Source: the human T2T-CHM13v2.0 reference genome, Homo sapiens
Length of the DNA: 64,000 nt
Assembly: GCF_009914755.1 (NCBI RefSeq)
Contig: NC_060934.1
Strand: one strand, 5' to 3'
In this document: positions 28,225 through 43,619 of the stretch, in pieces
How the letters are laid out: each line of letters starts with the position of its first letter
Numbering within the stretch: position 1 is the stretch's first letter
Translations under genes and position numbers: made by a program
Notes under the pieces: generated by a model
What the model was told of the DNA's origin: nothing
Seen by the model: the letters and a program-made list of their open reading frames with translations, nothing else
The model's database searches: none

Positions 28225-29867
28225 TGTTCGTCAGCCCAGCATGAATTCAGTGATTATGCTGATGTTTCCCTCAGTGAAATACCTCTAACAACTAACAAAA
28301 CTGTTGCAAGCTTGGCTCCTGCTTTGTTAGACTTATTTAAATCACAAAACTACCCCAATCAGATAGCCTCTTTGATTTGAATTATGTTGTATCCAAAGGC
28401 TACATTAAATGAAGCCACATTAAATGAAGTCATTTCCATGACCTTCACTACACAACTACATGAAGAACACAAATAGCCTGTAATTTGCAACTCAATCACA
28501 ATCCCGTTCTCATTTTCCAAACTGACACAGAGCCAATTTGTAAAATGTATAGACACTTAGCGCAGTACCTGGCAGTGCTATTTGAATAAGCACTTGGCAT
28601 CAGAATGAAACTGGCTTTATCAATTCTTTTTTCTCCCCAGAATTTGTGATTAGAGAGCCAGAAAGAGAAGGATAGGGATCCCACAAGGCTGGGATTGGGA
28701 GATGTAATTGGAGAAGGTAGGGTGGCCTGTTCTGCCTTTTGAACTCAAGAAGCAAGAGAAAAAGTCAGACTACTGAGAGAGAAAGGAGGACGCAGTGGTT
28801 ATACAGAGAGAGTCTAGACAGCTTGACAGTTCCTAGCTCCAGTTCCTTACTAAGTCTGACTTCACTTCTAATCCTGGGGTATAGGAGACCCCTTGTGTCC
28901 ACATAGTAAATTCCCTTCTGCTACCTGTTTACTTTTGCTTTCAGTCAACCTAAATGGAATTCTGTTGCTCGACAGAGTTGCAATTAATATGGTTCTTGGG
29001 ATGGTTCTGCAGACACACCCTAATCTGTAACTGTACCATGTCAGGGAGGATTTCCAAGAAGGCTTCCAACAGAGGCTACCTTGTTTTAATTAAAGGTCAA
29101 GATGCATTTCAGAAGAATGCCCTGCATACCACTGAGAAGATCAAGAAGTTAGCCACTCCTATCATCAGTATATCAACAGCATAAGAAGCAGTCAAATGGG
29201 ATTGTCCTCTGAAGACATAAAACATAAAATCAGTACACAGTGGATCAGAATAAATACACACCAAAGCATCATTTATAAAAAATTGGCCTGGTTCGTATGC
29301 CAACAATTTGATTATAACATGACTGAATGTATTGAATGCAATAACATCTGGAGAGAAACTGTGTCCATCAGATTTGGGAACTGCTTGGCCCTGGGAATTT
29401 AGAAAAATGTAAATTATACCACCATCACCCCCAACTTCCATTAGTGACAGAGATCTAGAAATCCATTCTGGTTTTCCTCCAGGGATGCTGACCCCTCCTC
29501 ATTAAAGGACCAAGAGTCCCCTTTTGATTCGTAAGAATCTTAGGGAAGGAGCTCAGGGAGCTGAGGCTGACTCAGACTCAGTCTTAACTCAGTGGATCAA
29601 CAGCAGCAGAGATGCCTTGGCAGTGTATACGAGGCTGGTCTGCAGGAGTCATATGTGAACTGGAGAATCTGGTTGGCCCCAAGCCTTCATGATGATGGCA
29701 GTGCTGGGGCAGTAGTCTCCTTGACGACAGCTTATCTTTGAGCTTCCCTTCTCCCCACACCTCTCTTGAGGATGTGCCCAGGGAAGTCACTCCATGAAAA
29801 TGGTCATGAAAATTTAGGGTTAAAACTTATACATTTCCTGTCATCTCATAAATATGAAGAGGTAGAA

Positions 29868-30790
29868 TGTGGCAAGCAGAATAATGGTCCCCAAGGATGA
29901 CTACATCCTGCTACTGGGGACCTGTGAATATGTTAGGTTTCATGGCAAAGAAGAATTAAGGTTGCTAATCAGCTGACTGTAAATTCGGGAGATTATCCTG
30001 GATTATCTGAATGAGCCCAATGTCGTCACGAGGGTTCTTAAATAAGGCAGAAGAAAGATCAGAATCAGACGGAGATTTGAAGATAAAAGAAGGAGTCATG
30101 AGTCAAGGAACGCAACAGCCACTAGGAGCTGGAAAAAGCAAGGAAACATTCTCCCGTAGAACCTCCAGAAGGAGCCAGCTCTTCCCACACCTTGACTCTA
30201 GCTCAGTGGGACCAATTTTGAACTTCTGATCTCCAGAACTAATTTGTGTTGTTTTAAGCCACTAAGTTTGTGGTAACTTGTTACAACAGCAATTTGTACA
30301 GCAGTTTGTGCTGTGATAATAGAATACTGGAGCCTGGGTAGTTCATGAAGAGAGAAATTTATTCCTTACAGTGTTGGAGGCTGGGGAGGCCAAGATCATA
30401 GCACCAGCAGGTTTATTGTCTGGGGACAGTGTGGTCTCAGCTTCCAGGATGGTGCCCTGAATGCTGCATTCTGTGGAGGGGAGGAACTTATGTCTTGGCA
30501 TGGCAGAAGTTAGAGGGACAAAAAGCATCAACTCCATCCATCAAACCCTTTTATTAGGGCACCTAATTCCCTTCATCCGAAAGGAGTCCTCATGACCTAA
30601 TCACCTCTTAAAGGTCCCGTGTCTTAATACTATTACATTGGCAACACCTGAATTTTGGAAGGGACTTTCAAACCATAGCAAAAACTAATATTTTGGTACC
30701 AAGACTGATATAACAAATGCCTAAAAATGTAGAAGTGGCTTTGAAATTTGGCAATGGGCAGAGGCTGGGAGAATTTGGAGATAGTGTGAT
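29868..30790. mobile_element. MLT1 LTR plus MLT1 internal start (+), interrupted by an antisense MST-type LTR (about 30295-30680)
   Basis: MaLR motifs (ctccagaact, ttttaagccactaag; aaaccatagca; ttttggtacc...gaagtggctttg). Confidence 0.7.
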
Positions 30791-31669
30791 AGAAAATGCA
30801 ACGTTATTACAAGTCTAGTACATAGTGAAAAAAGGAAAAAAAGAAAAGCAAATGCCAGATTGTCCTGAGTGCAGAGTTTTCAGCTCCTGGGCACATGGCA
30901 CCACTCACATATCACAGTGCGCACTGGGAATGGTGGCTGTGGTGGGGTCTCAAGGAAGCCAACATAAACTTCAAGGAGAGGTGCTTTGTGCATCCCAGCT
31001 GTCCTGTGGACAGTCCAGAAGATAGTGGTGGCAAATGGCCAACTTCTGCAGCCCTCGCCCTGGTGCTAGAGAGAAGCCCTCCTTAGCAGTTTTACAGGGA
31101 AAGGTGGATTCCCTAGTCTCATACTACATCAAGTTAAGGTTTAGCCATGGTTTTGAAAGGGAGCAGTCACATTCTAGACATTCCAGAATGCATGGCACCC
31201 TCCTGCATGACAGAATACAGCACAATTTTTAAATGTTCTTCTAGGCATTTATGTAGGCAAAATACCTGGATATAATTACCTGAAATTAAAGGCTAACTCT
31301 ATTATACATAGAGACATAAGTAATTTTTGCAGGCTTTTAATATGCATTGAACTTTCCAGGAATACTTGGAACAGTATAAATTATGCTCTTGTGTTTGAAA
31401 ATTTATCCAAAATGTTCACTATTTCAGGAAACTACATAACCAATGGCAACTTTGCTCATATGTAGTCTATCTCCATCAGTCTATAGCTGCCATTGATGGC
31501 GATTCTATATCTAAGTACAAGCATGTGACTATTCCATTATGTCTTCTGGTATAATAGTTCCCAAGGATTAATTATATGTAAATACGTACTATGGACTCCC
31601 CCTCAAAATTTGGTTTGGATTTCAAGACTGATTACACACTGACCAAAAAGGATATGAAAAGCTATATTA

Positions 31670-32470
31670 CTCTCATTGTTGGTGGGATTGCAAAATGGTG
31701 CAGCCACTTTGGGAGACTGGCAGTTTCTTGCAAAGCTAAATGTAGTCTTACCATAGGATCCAGCAGTCACACCCCTAGGTATTTACCCAAATAAATGGGA
31801 ACTTATATCTACACAAAAACCTGCATATGGATGTTTATAGAAGCTTTATTCATAATTGCCAAAACTTAGAAGCAATCAAGATGTCCTTCAGTAGGTGAAT
31901 GAATGAACAAAGTGTGGCACAGCAGAGCAACAGAATATTACTCAGCAGTAAAAAGAAATGAGTCACCAAGCCATGAAAAGACATGAGAAACATTACATGC
32001 ATATTGCTAAGTGAAAGAAGCTAGTCTGAAAAGGCTACATTCTGTATGATTCAAGCATATGACATTCTGGAACAGGTAAAACTGTAAAGACAGTAAAAAA
32101 ATCAGTGGTTGCCAGGGGCTCAGGGTGAAGAAGAGAGGGATGAATAGATGAACCACAGGGGATTTTTAGGGCAGTGAAACTACTTTTTATGATACTATAA
32201 TGGCGAATATTAACATTACACATTTGTCAGAACCCACAGCAATGCACAACGCAAAGAGTGAATCCTGATGTAAACTATAGACTTTAGATAATACTGATGT
32301 ATCAATATTGGTTCATTAATTGTAACATGTACTACAGTAATGCAATATATTAATAATGGGGGAACTTTAAGGGAGATGAAGAGTGAAAGGGGATATGTGG
32401 GAACTCTTTGTACTTTCTGCTCAATTTTCTGCAAACCTAAAACTGCTCTAAAAAATAAAATGTATCAATA
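31670..32470 (+). mobile_element. L1MC-type 3' end
   Basis: ORF2-end and 3'UTR motifs (gtgaatcctgatgtaaactatagac). Confidence 0.8.
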
Positions 32471-32959
32471 TGTTTAAATGTGATTATACAAGCCACACAC
32501 CACAGAAAGTATTTTCAACACACACGTATGCATATATCTGACAAAATAGAAGAATAAAAAGCCCCCAAAGATCAATAAAAATTGGACAAAGGATATAAGC
32601 AAATAATTCACAGAAGTGGAAACTAAAACGGTAAAGACACAAAAAGATGGTCAAATACATTAGTAATCTGAAAAATGCAAATTAGAAGCACAGTATAATG
32701 CCATTTTACAGCCATTACATTGGCAAAATCTAAAAGGTCTGAAAATATCAACTCTAATTTACTGCTTTTGGAAGTATAAATCAGTAGAACCACTAAGGAG
32801 AAAAATTAGGTAACATCTATGTATCAGTTATCTGTTGCTGAGAAACGAATTGCCCCACACTTAAGTGATTTGAAACAACATACGTTTATTACCTCACCAT
32901 TTCATTGGGTCAGGAGTCTAGATGTGCTCAGATGGGTCTTACAAAACTAAAAAAACTAT

Positions 32960-33500
32960 GGTTATTCACACTTAGATATGAAGCAGTTTTTCTTCCTCCT
33001 GAAGAAAAGGAATCTGTCAATTCAAGGAAAACAACTGGCAGTATATTTTTGCCAAATGTAAAATTCAGGCTTTCAAACAAAAATTAGAATTTTAGAAAAC
33101 TTGTATCCACCATCCTGAACCTGACAACTTTTCAAGACCTTTAAAATAATATCACTGGTGATTTTAACAAATTAAGTTTTTATAATACATGATCATATGT
33201 TCCTATTTAGAATATCTGTGTAATTCATTAAATCAATATTTTCTAGATGACCAATACAGGTTGTTACAAAATTATACACAGCCAAGTGATTCATTCAAAG
33301 TATAAAATAGACCAATGGAATTTAATGTAGCAGAGGTAAAACTTCACTGACATAAGATTCACCATCTGAAAAGGCTACAGAAATACTTCTTCCATTGCCA
33401 ACTGGGTATCTATGTGTGGACAGATTTTCTTCATATGCTTCCATCAAGGCAACAGATTACAACAGATCAATGGCTGAAGTGGATAGTTAAATCTAGCTTA
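32960..33500. mobile_element. Charlie (hAT) transposon relic
   Basis: Resembles the recalled Charlie1 transposase 3' region; degraded. Confidence 0.55.
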
Positions 33501-36500
33501 AGGATATATATTTTATATGGATACAACTTTGTATTCTTCTCATCTGATAAAAGAATATTTGGTTGATTTATGATCCGATGATCCTCAGACAAAAATCTAT
33601 TTGGAGTATTCTTATATGGAGTGATCCTATAGTCATGACTTCTCTAAGCTTTAACAAGAACTTATATTTGCGAAGAAGCAGAGTGTGCCCAAGGGAATAT
33701 TTTTGGGGTGAGAAATGAGTGTTAGAATCCTACAGATGAGTCCAAGAAGTCCCAGAGATGAAACAATTGTCTAATTGGTAAAGAAAAGGGCCCTTTCTCT
33801 CAGACGAAAAAAAAAGCACATTGTTATTCTTTGCTCTTGGATGTATTGTTCTGGTTTTTGGAGGGAAAATAGGTGTCCTAAACCAAGAGCTCTGTTATGT
33901 GTAAAAGTTTCTTTTAAAAGGATGGGGGCTGGAAGATCTTCTGGGGATATAAGACCTATCTTTAGGATGATGGAAAATGGAAACATGAGAGAGATTTTCA
34001 AGTAGTTGGTGAACACATCTGAGTTGAGAGCTTTGAGAAAGTGTCTTGTGCCCTTCAGCAAGGTGGTTTTAGGGGAAGGTCTTGTGATGAGGAATTTCTC
34101 CTGTCTTTCTATCTCTACTTTTCTGATTCACAGAATCCCTCTCCCAGACATCCACCTGTCTTTAGGTGGGAGTGCATGAGCTTGAAAGCAATGAGCATCA
34201 ATCCTCTCTTTCTGGAAGACCTTAGCTAATAACAAGTCTCTAATATATAGAAGATAAAACTATTTGGTATGATGAAGCAGAAAATACCTCTACATATGGA
34301 CAAAAAAAAATGGCCAATCTCTCCATAACCAATGTTGAAAATTGGAGAAATAATAAACATTTCTTACCATTCTGCATTTTTATGAGCTCTCTCTGAGACA
34401 GACCTATCCAGGAGAAATATTCCTCAGAGAATTTATGAGATGAAAGGTCATAAAAAATCCTCTATGGTTTCTCTTTATCTTGCTATTTGAAACACTTGTA
34501 AACATTTATGTGGGGTTTTCAGGAGACTTAAACCTCTGGTTCAATTTGAATTCAAGGTCTTTGAAGATAGTCATCAGTTTCTGCTTCCTTTAAAACTTCT
34601 AATTACACAAGCACAGCCTTTCCTGACATATGGCTATTGGTCTGATTTAAAACTTGCTCATTTCAGCTTGTACCTTCAGTCTCATCGCAGCCTGAATTCT
34701 AAATATAACCCACTTTTCTTTAAGACATGAACCCAGTGGAGTGTGAATTCTACATAGAATTTCACACAACTGTAAATATTCATACTACATTTACTGCCTT
34801 GGTCCTAAATCTCTTAAAATATGAATTTTAAAATATACAATTAAGTCAATAAAGCAGTTTACTCTTAATGACTGCTACACTTACGTGGTCAGAGACAACT
34901 ATTTTTAAATCTCTTCTTAGTGACAAAAAGTTTCCAATGGATTCATTTCAACGAGGATCAATACCCAACTTCCAGGAGAAGTAATACTCCATGGAAGACT
35001 GTCTAAATATGCTCTGATTTTGGATCCCATATTTTCCACCCTGTAAGCTACTTTCACATGCAGGCTCAGCCCTTGGTTTAGTTCCTGACTCCAGAGGAGT
35101 ATATAAGAGGCCTCCAGTCTTCTGGTCCTCCTTCTCTTGTTCTGCTTTTTAGCTTGTTTGTTTGTTTGTATTTTGTTTTTTCTGTTTCTTCTTTGCATTT
35201 TACGCTCTTCTATTTTTTTCCCAGCTTTTTTCCTCTTTCCCCTTCACCAGCTTTTCTGTTACAACCAAAGCTTTAACCTAAATACTCGCCAGGCAATGAG
35301 CGTTGCCAAGTTTGTGGCTTCGAATCAGATAGACCCCATGTTTGAGCCTTCTCTCTGGGAAACCGATTGAGAACATACCAGACATTCACAATGGTTTCGA
35401 ATTAAGTGAGGTTTGCTGCAACCTACTATGAAGTGACCTTGCACCAGCATCCTAGGTTATTCTCTGGGCCTCTACACATCTCTGTTCTGATTCTCCGTGA
35501 AAACCTCACTGACCCTCGATACTGGAAACATCCATGCAGAGAGGCAGGGAGCCTGACTTCATACCACCGAATTCACATTAGTAACATCTACTTCCTCAGC
35601 TATGCAAACTATTTTCCTTTTATACACTTACTTTTTGGGACTGAGCTACTCTTGGTACATCTAATACTACATCTATTTTTCCAAAGCTTGTAGAACTTTT
35701 TAAATGGAAATTCCATGCTAAAAAATAGCATTCTAAAATGGAAACATTTTAAGGTATACAATTCAGTTCTGAAAATCCTTGAGAAAAAGATTCATGGCAA
35801 TTTGTTTTAGTATGAAAGTTATAGTGGCATTGTGGCAAGGCTATTCTAAGGTATCTAATGTATGCATGAGCATTCTTAGATGTACAGGGAAATGATTCTG
35901 TAGTTTTTGCACCAAATTTTGCCAGTCAAGAGAAATGACCTTATAAAGAAATTCAAGAAGCAGAGAGTAGCTGTGACCCTCCCTTCCACTAAGGTGGTAC
36001 CAGCTTTTCAGAGGGAGGAATGTTTCAGCCTCATAACTACCTGCCACTGAAAATGTGCTTAGACTGTTCCACATTATTTCCATTTCTAGGTAAAATCCAG
36101 TGTGGAAAGAATTTACAGCATCATAGGCAGACGTGATAATCAAAATATTTAGTGTCTGGTAGGGTGGGGATATGGGCTGCTCAGAATGGTAGTAGCCTAA
36201 CCAGTCAGACCAGATGCCATAGTACGTACCTGTCAGTATCAGCTCTGGTTTTGGAAATCTATGGAACAATGAATCCAAGAGACTAAGGGTATCAATATTT
36301 TGTATTGCATGCATTTTCAGTATGTCTTTTGCTCATTTGAAAGAAAGAGATGGTTTGGGTAAGCGGGAATTTGGAAAGCCTCATTTCTTAAGGTAAAACT
36401 GAGTTGTACATTATATCATCATGTAGTTTCCTCCTAAGTTGAAGGTGCTGGACACGGTGCCTGAATAGCACAGGCATAATAAGTAGTTAAAATAGTGCTG

Positions 36501-36937
36501 TTTGTATTGTATCTTTTCTTGTCAACAAATGCTTATCCAGAATTTATTGAAAATCTGTGACCACCCTGAGGACCTGGCTGGGTAATTTAGAGGCTCCACA
36601 GCAATATCTGACTATACAAAAAAAAATCAGTTGAGTGCTCACAGAAAATGATAACAAGGAAGAGGAAATTGATGACTGTATAAAGTGGACCATACCAGCA
36701 GATAGGAGACAAAGAAAAGAAAGTCAACATAGAAATGCCAAAATAGAAGAGGAAGTAAAAAGGGAGCTGGGAAAACGAGGTATTCTAAAAATAGGCCTTG
36801 TGAAATTGAATAGCACTAGGATGGGAAGTAGCCAAGTTTGGGCACATGAAGCTAAGAACTACAGTGACTTACATGGTAGAAAGCTATGCTCAGAAAACTT
36901 TTCCTTGTCTTCTCTTGTCACTCAGGACAAAAGGAGT

Positions 36938-37255
<318 letters not shown>

Positions 37256-37776
37256 AAAAGGAGTCTTTTAAAAAGCCAACTGAGCAAGGCCTCCAGGACC
37301 CTTAGGTAGGCTCAACAAATGTACGGATCTTGAAGCCTTTTCTCCACTACTCACACCCACACTCTAGCCCTGGGATTTAGTTAGTGCTGGAAGTCTGTGA
37401 TCCTTTGTTAGCATTAGATCATGAATAATAAAGTGACAAGAGACAGCATTTAGAAATAACTGCAGCTACCAAGAAAGAAAGTTTTGCCCTGTGGGAAGAG
37501 GAGGGAGAAAGGGAAGAGAGGAGGAATGAGCCTCTTGTAACCACAGTGCCATGCTATGCTTACAGCAGAGGAGGTTTTCTAACGAAGACGTTCGGTCAAC
37601 TTGGATACATAAATGTTGAAGGATGTGTATGCAGTAGTCAAATGTCTACCTGCCAATCATATTTCATTTTTTAACCTAGTTACATATATACGTAAGTCAC
37701 ATATGATTAAAACATCTTTTAATTTAACAATGTCGATTTTTTTCCACTCTCATGTTCCATTAAAAAATTGTATTCA

Positions 37777-38159
<383 letters not shown>

Positions 38160-38233
38160 TTATATGTATGATTCTGGCTCTGCAATCTTTATTCTAAGCC
38201 ACAAATAAGCATTCACAGAATATTGTCAGTTAG

Positions 38234-38565
<332 letters not shown>

Positions 38566-38806
38566 ATTGATGCATATTCTTGATGTCTAAACATTACCAC
38601 TTGATGCATGATTCTTCAGAGAATATAGTAAATATTGAACAAATGCAAAATGTTTATGTGAATGAGTTACAAGTCAAAAGGACTCATAAGTCAAAATAAA
38701 AATAACTTATGCATCCCATGCTTAGCTTAAGACGTGAACATTACCTTTTTGAAGCTCTCTGTGGGCTCCTTCCTAATCTCTTTGCCCTTCCTGCTCATCC
38801 ATTTCA

Positions 38807-39211
<405 letters not shown>

Positions 39212-39275
39212 TTAGCAAAACATCCAAGAGACAATTAGGGAAAGCCAAATGTTGACTGAATAGTTGGTGGTATTA

Positions 39276-39621
<346 letters not shown>

Positions 39622-39847
39622 TTAGTCATACTGCTTTGTAGAAATACTCACTGAAATACTTATGGATAAAATAATATGATGTTATCTAAATCATTTTCCA
39701 AACAAGGCCAAAATTCAGGAAACTCTATCTAGAAAAAGAGTGTGGCTATTAAAAATACACATTAATCTAAAAAGTACCACCATCAGATAAGATTTAAAAT
39801 GAAAACAATGTGTTCTGGACAGGAATACTGATAATAAACAGCTTAAT

Positions 39848-40145
39848 TGTTTGTTTGTTTGTTTTGAGACCTGGCCTCCCTCTGTCACCCAGGCTGGAGT
39901 ATGGTGCCACAATTATAGCTCACTGTAACCTCAAACTCCTGGGTTCAAGCAATTCTTGCACCTCAGCTTCCAGAGTAGCTGAGACTACAGTCATGCACCA
40001 CCACACCTGGTTAATTATTTTATTTTATATTGTAGAGATGGGGTTCTCGCTATGTTGCCCAGGCTGGTCTAGAACTCCTGGCCTCCATCAATCCTCCAAC
40101 CTCTGCCTCCTGAAGCCCTGGCATTATAGGCATGAGCCCTGACAG
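39848..40145 (-). mobile_element. AluJ
   Basis: Diverged dimer with (TTTG)n tail. Confidence 0.9.
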
Positions 40146-41220
40146 CTTGCTAGTATTTTAAGTACAATTGGTAAAACTTATAAACAAAAAAAAATAAAAA
40201 TATTTAAATGATCAAGGACAATTTATAAAAGAAGTGAAATGCAGAAATGCAAAGTTACCATGAAGAAATTTAATTGATACTTCATTAGTAATGTGCTTAC
40301 CCATTGATGTGCCAAAAATCAGAAAACCATTTTTTTTCAGATAAGAATAGTGTGGATGACCTTCCAAGAGAACATCTCACAGTGCCCTCTGGAATCAATG
40401 AGTCACAGCATGAGTAGGCAGGGGTGATGTTCAAACACATCAGCAATGGCTCAATAATCAACCAACTAGAAGGACATGTGCCAGACCTGGTTCTGGAGGT
40501 TCCTCATTGGCTGGGCAGGACCCATTTATTCACTGACAAGGAAGAAGCCCTGGGTTGGGCAAGGAAGTGCCAAAATGCCAGCAGGAGTCACTTGGAAGCT
40601 CTGTGTAACAGCTCTTAATGAATCAGTACAGAATTAGTTTGATATTTCAACACCTAGAGGATCCCTAGAAGATGTTTGGGTTTGCTAAACATTAACTCTG
40701 TGAGAAGAAACACTCATAATCAAACCCAATATTATTAAAGTGAGGACTAAGCAACATTGTTTCTCACTCACAATGCTAGCTCACCTTCTATGTGTGACTG
40801 GGAGTAGCTGTGGCTAGCAACCATTTGGCTCTTAAATCTGTCTATATCTGTGTATTCGTATGTATCTCATATATATGTGCATATATGTGTAGATACTTTT
40901 AGGCAGAAATCAACATGCATAACAGAAACTCGTTCTCCTCCTCTACCCACATTTACTGCTGAACAGCCAAAATTTTAGACTCCATTTAGTTTCAGACTCT
41001 TATCAGAATGACCTAGCCAGCCAGCACCTTCTTATAAATTCTATGTACAAGATACTTTGTGGTGATCTAACTCCTTAGCTACATTTTCACCATTTTATCT
41101 TGCTATGACACTCTATGTTCTTGCCATATTGAACTACGTATAGATCCTTGAACAAGCACTTTATTATTAATAAGATTTTCTCTCCTTGGAATGTCTCTCA
41201 GGCCCCCTTCATTTATAGGT

Positions 41221-42271
41221 TGTTGCGGGAAGTCAGGGACCCCAAATGGAGGTACTGGCTGGAGCTGCAGCAGAGGAACATAGATTGTGAAGATTTCATG
41301 GACATTTATCAGTTCCCAAATAATACTTTTATAATTTCTTATGCCTGTCTTTACTTTAATCTCTTAATCCTGTTATCTTTCTAAGCTGAGGATGTACGTC
41401 ACCTCAGGACCACTGAGGTGTTACCTGTACAAATTGATTGTAAAACCTGTGTTTGAACACTATAAAATCAGCGCACCTTGAAAAAGAACAGTGATTTTTA
41501 GGGAACAAGGGAAGACAACCATAAGGTCTGACTGCCTGCAGGGTCGGGCAAAAAGAGCCATATTTTTCTTCTTGCAGAGAGCCTATAAATGGACGTGCAA
41601 GTAGGAGAGATATCGCTAAATTCTTTTCCTAGCAAGGAATATTAATATTAATACCCTGGGAAAGGAATGCATTCCTGGCAGGAGGTCTATAAACAGCCGC
41701 TCTGGGAATGTCTGTCTTATGCGGTTGAGATAAGGACTGAGATACGCCCTGGTCTCCTGCAGTACCCTCAGGCTTACTAGGGTGGGGAAAACTCCGCCCT
41801 GGAAAATTTGTGGTCAGACCGGTTCTTTGCTCTTGAACTCTGTTTTCTGTTGTTTAAGATGTTTATCAAGACAATACGTGCACCGCTGAACATAGACCCT
41901 TATCGATAGTTCTGCTTTTGCCCTTTACCTTGTGATTTTGTTGTACCCTTATCAGTAGTTCTGCTTTTGCCCTTTGTCCTGTTCTATCAGAAGCATGTGA
42001 TCTTTGTTCTGCTTTTTGCCCTTTGAAGCATGTGATCTTTGTACCTACTCCCTGTTCTTACACCCCCTCCCCTTTTGAAACCCTTAATAAAAACTTGCTG
42101 GTCTGAGACTCAGGCGGGCATCATGGTCTTACTGATATGTGATGTCACCCCTGGTGGCCCAGCTGTAAAATTCCTCTCTTTGTACTGCCTCTCTTTATTT
42201 CTCAGCTGGCGGACACTTATGGAAAATAGAAATAACCTACATTGAAATATTGGGGGCTTGTTCCCCCAATA
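41221..42271 (+). mobile_element. MER11 (HERV-K11) solo LTR
   Basis: Starts tgttgcgggaagtcagggacccc and ends ttcccccaata; 6-bp TSD ATAGGT. Confidence 0.93.
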
Positions 42272-43069
42272 ATAGGTATATTTCAGGGGTCAATTCAGAT
42301 TTTTAGCACTTCCTGAAAGTCTCTAATGTCATAAGTATAGCATTATAGAAAGTACTGGAGAGCTTACTTTTCCAAACGAGAAAACTTTCTTCCACATTTA
42401 TTAGTCAAAATCCCCATTCACTACTCTCTCAAATTCCTAGCATCACTGAGTCAATAATTCAACAGATTTTTCTCCAACAGTCTGTTTATTCTGCTTACAT
42501 CTACATTCCTCCATTTCCTCTGGCCCTTTCCTCGTCTGGTTCAGAATTAGTGGTGGTAATATAGAAATCACCAGCAGCCAGGTATTGGGAAAGACTTCCT
42601 TACCACAGAAGGTGAAGGGATGGTTCAGCACCAAGGACAGGGGCACACGGGCCCGCTTACTTTCCTGCCTTCTCCACCTCATGTATATTTTAGTCATGCT
42701 GTGTGATTATGTCTTAGATTAAGTGCCCTTCCTCATTGCTGAGACTAACTGTATTATCATTTTCACTTTATGCTGAAATTTGTTTCTTATTTATCTCCCT
42801 TATCGTTCCTCCTCCTTACCCTCACTTAGTACAATTCCTGGGGCATAGTAGGCTAAATAAATTTTAGATTAATTAATAAATGAATCAATCACTCAATAAA
42901 TTAACAAATATATTTCAGAAAGGAGACTAAAATCCAAAGAGACACAAATAAAACAATTTTGCAAGGAAGCAAAAATAATATATTTGTTATTACTCCTTCA
43001 GACATCAATTCTCACCCTGGCTTTGCATCAGAATGATCTGAAGAGATTATTGAAAATGCAAACTCCAAC

Positions 43070-43265
43070 GTGGGGGACATAGGAAGACCCTGTCTCTACA
43101 GAATATTTTAAAACTTAACCGGGCATAATGGTAAGGGAAGCGGAGGCAGGAGGATTGCTCGGGCCCAGGAGTTCAGAGCTACAGTGAGCTATGATCAAAT
43201 CACTGCACTCCAGCCTGGGCAACAAAGCAAAAACCCTGACTCAAAAAAAAAAAAAAGAAAAAAAG
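43070..43265 (+). mobile_element. Partial AluJ within a MER5-like relic
   Basis: Alu right-arm motifs, A-tail, TSD-like gcaaactc. Confidence 0.75.
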
Positions 43266-43619
43266 CGAAAGCAAACTCAAAGGTGCTTCCCCAGAAATAC
43301 CAGAAATACAGAAAGTAAGAGAATTCTGATGGTGTGGACTTGACATATGTAAAGAAGTAGGGGGACAGCTTGCACAGGTGATTTCCAAGGGCATGAAATA
43401 TTTCTTCTACAGTTAGTTATAAGTTCTGCTATATCCCTACAGGAGGAATTAAGCATGTGGAAGGGAAAGAAAGCTCCAGCTGCCCTGGTTCATATGAGCA
43501 ACAGGACCCAATCTTTTCAGCTGGGTAAAATGAAAATCAGCAGGAGCTGCATCTTTATTCTGATACCTGCTGATCTCCCACTCATGATGTAATAGTACAG
43601 GTAAAGTTATTCTTTGATT

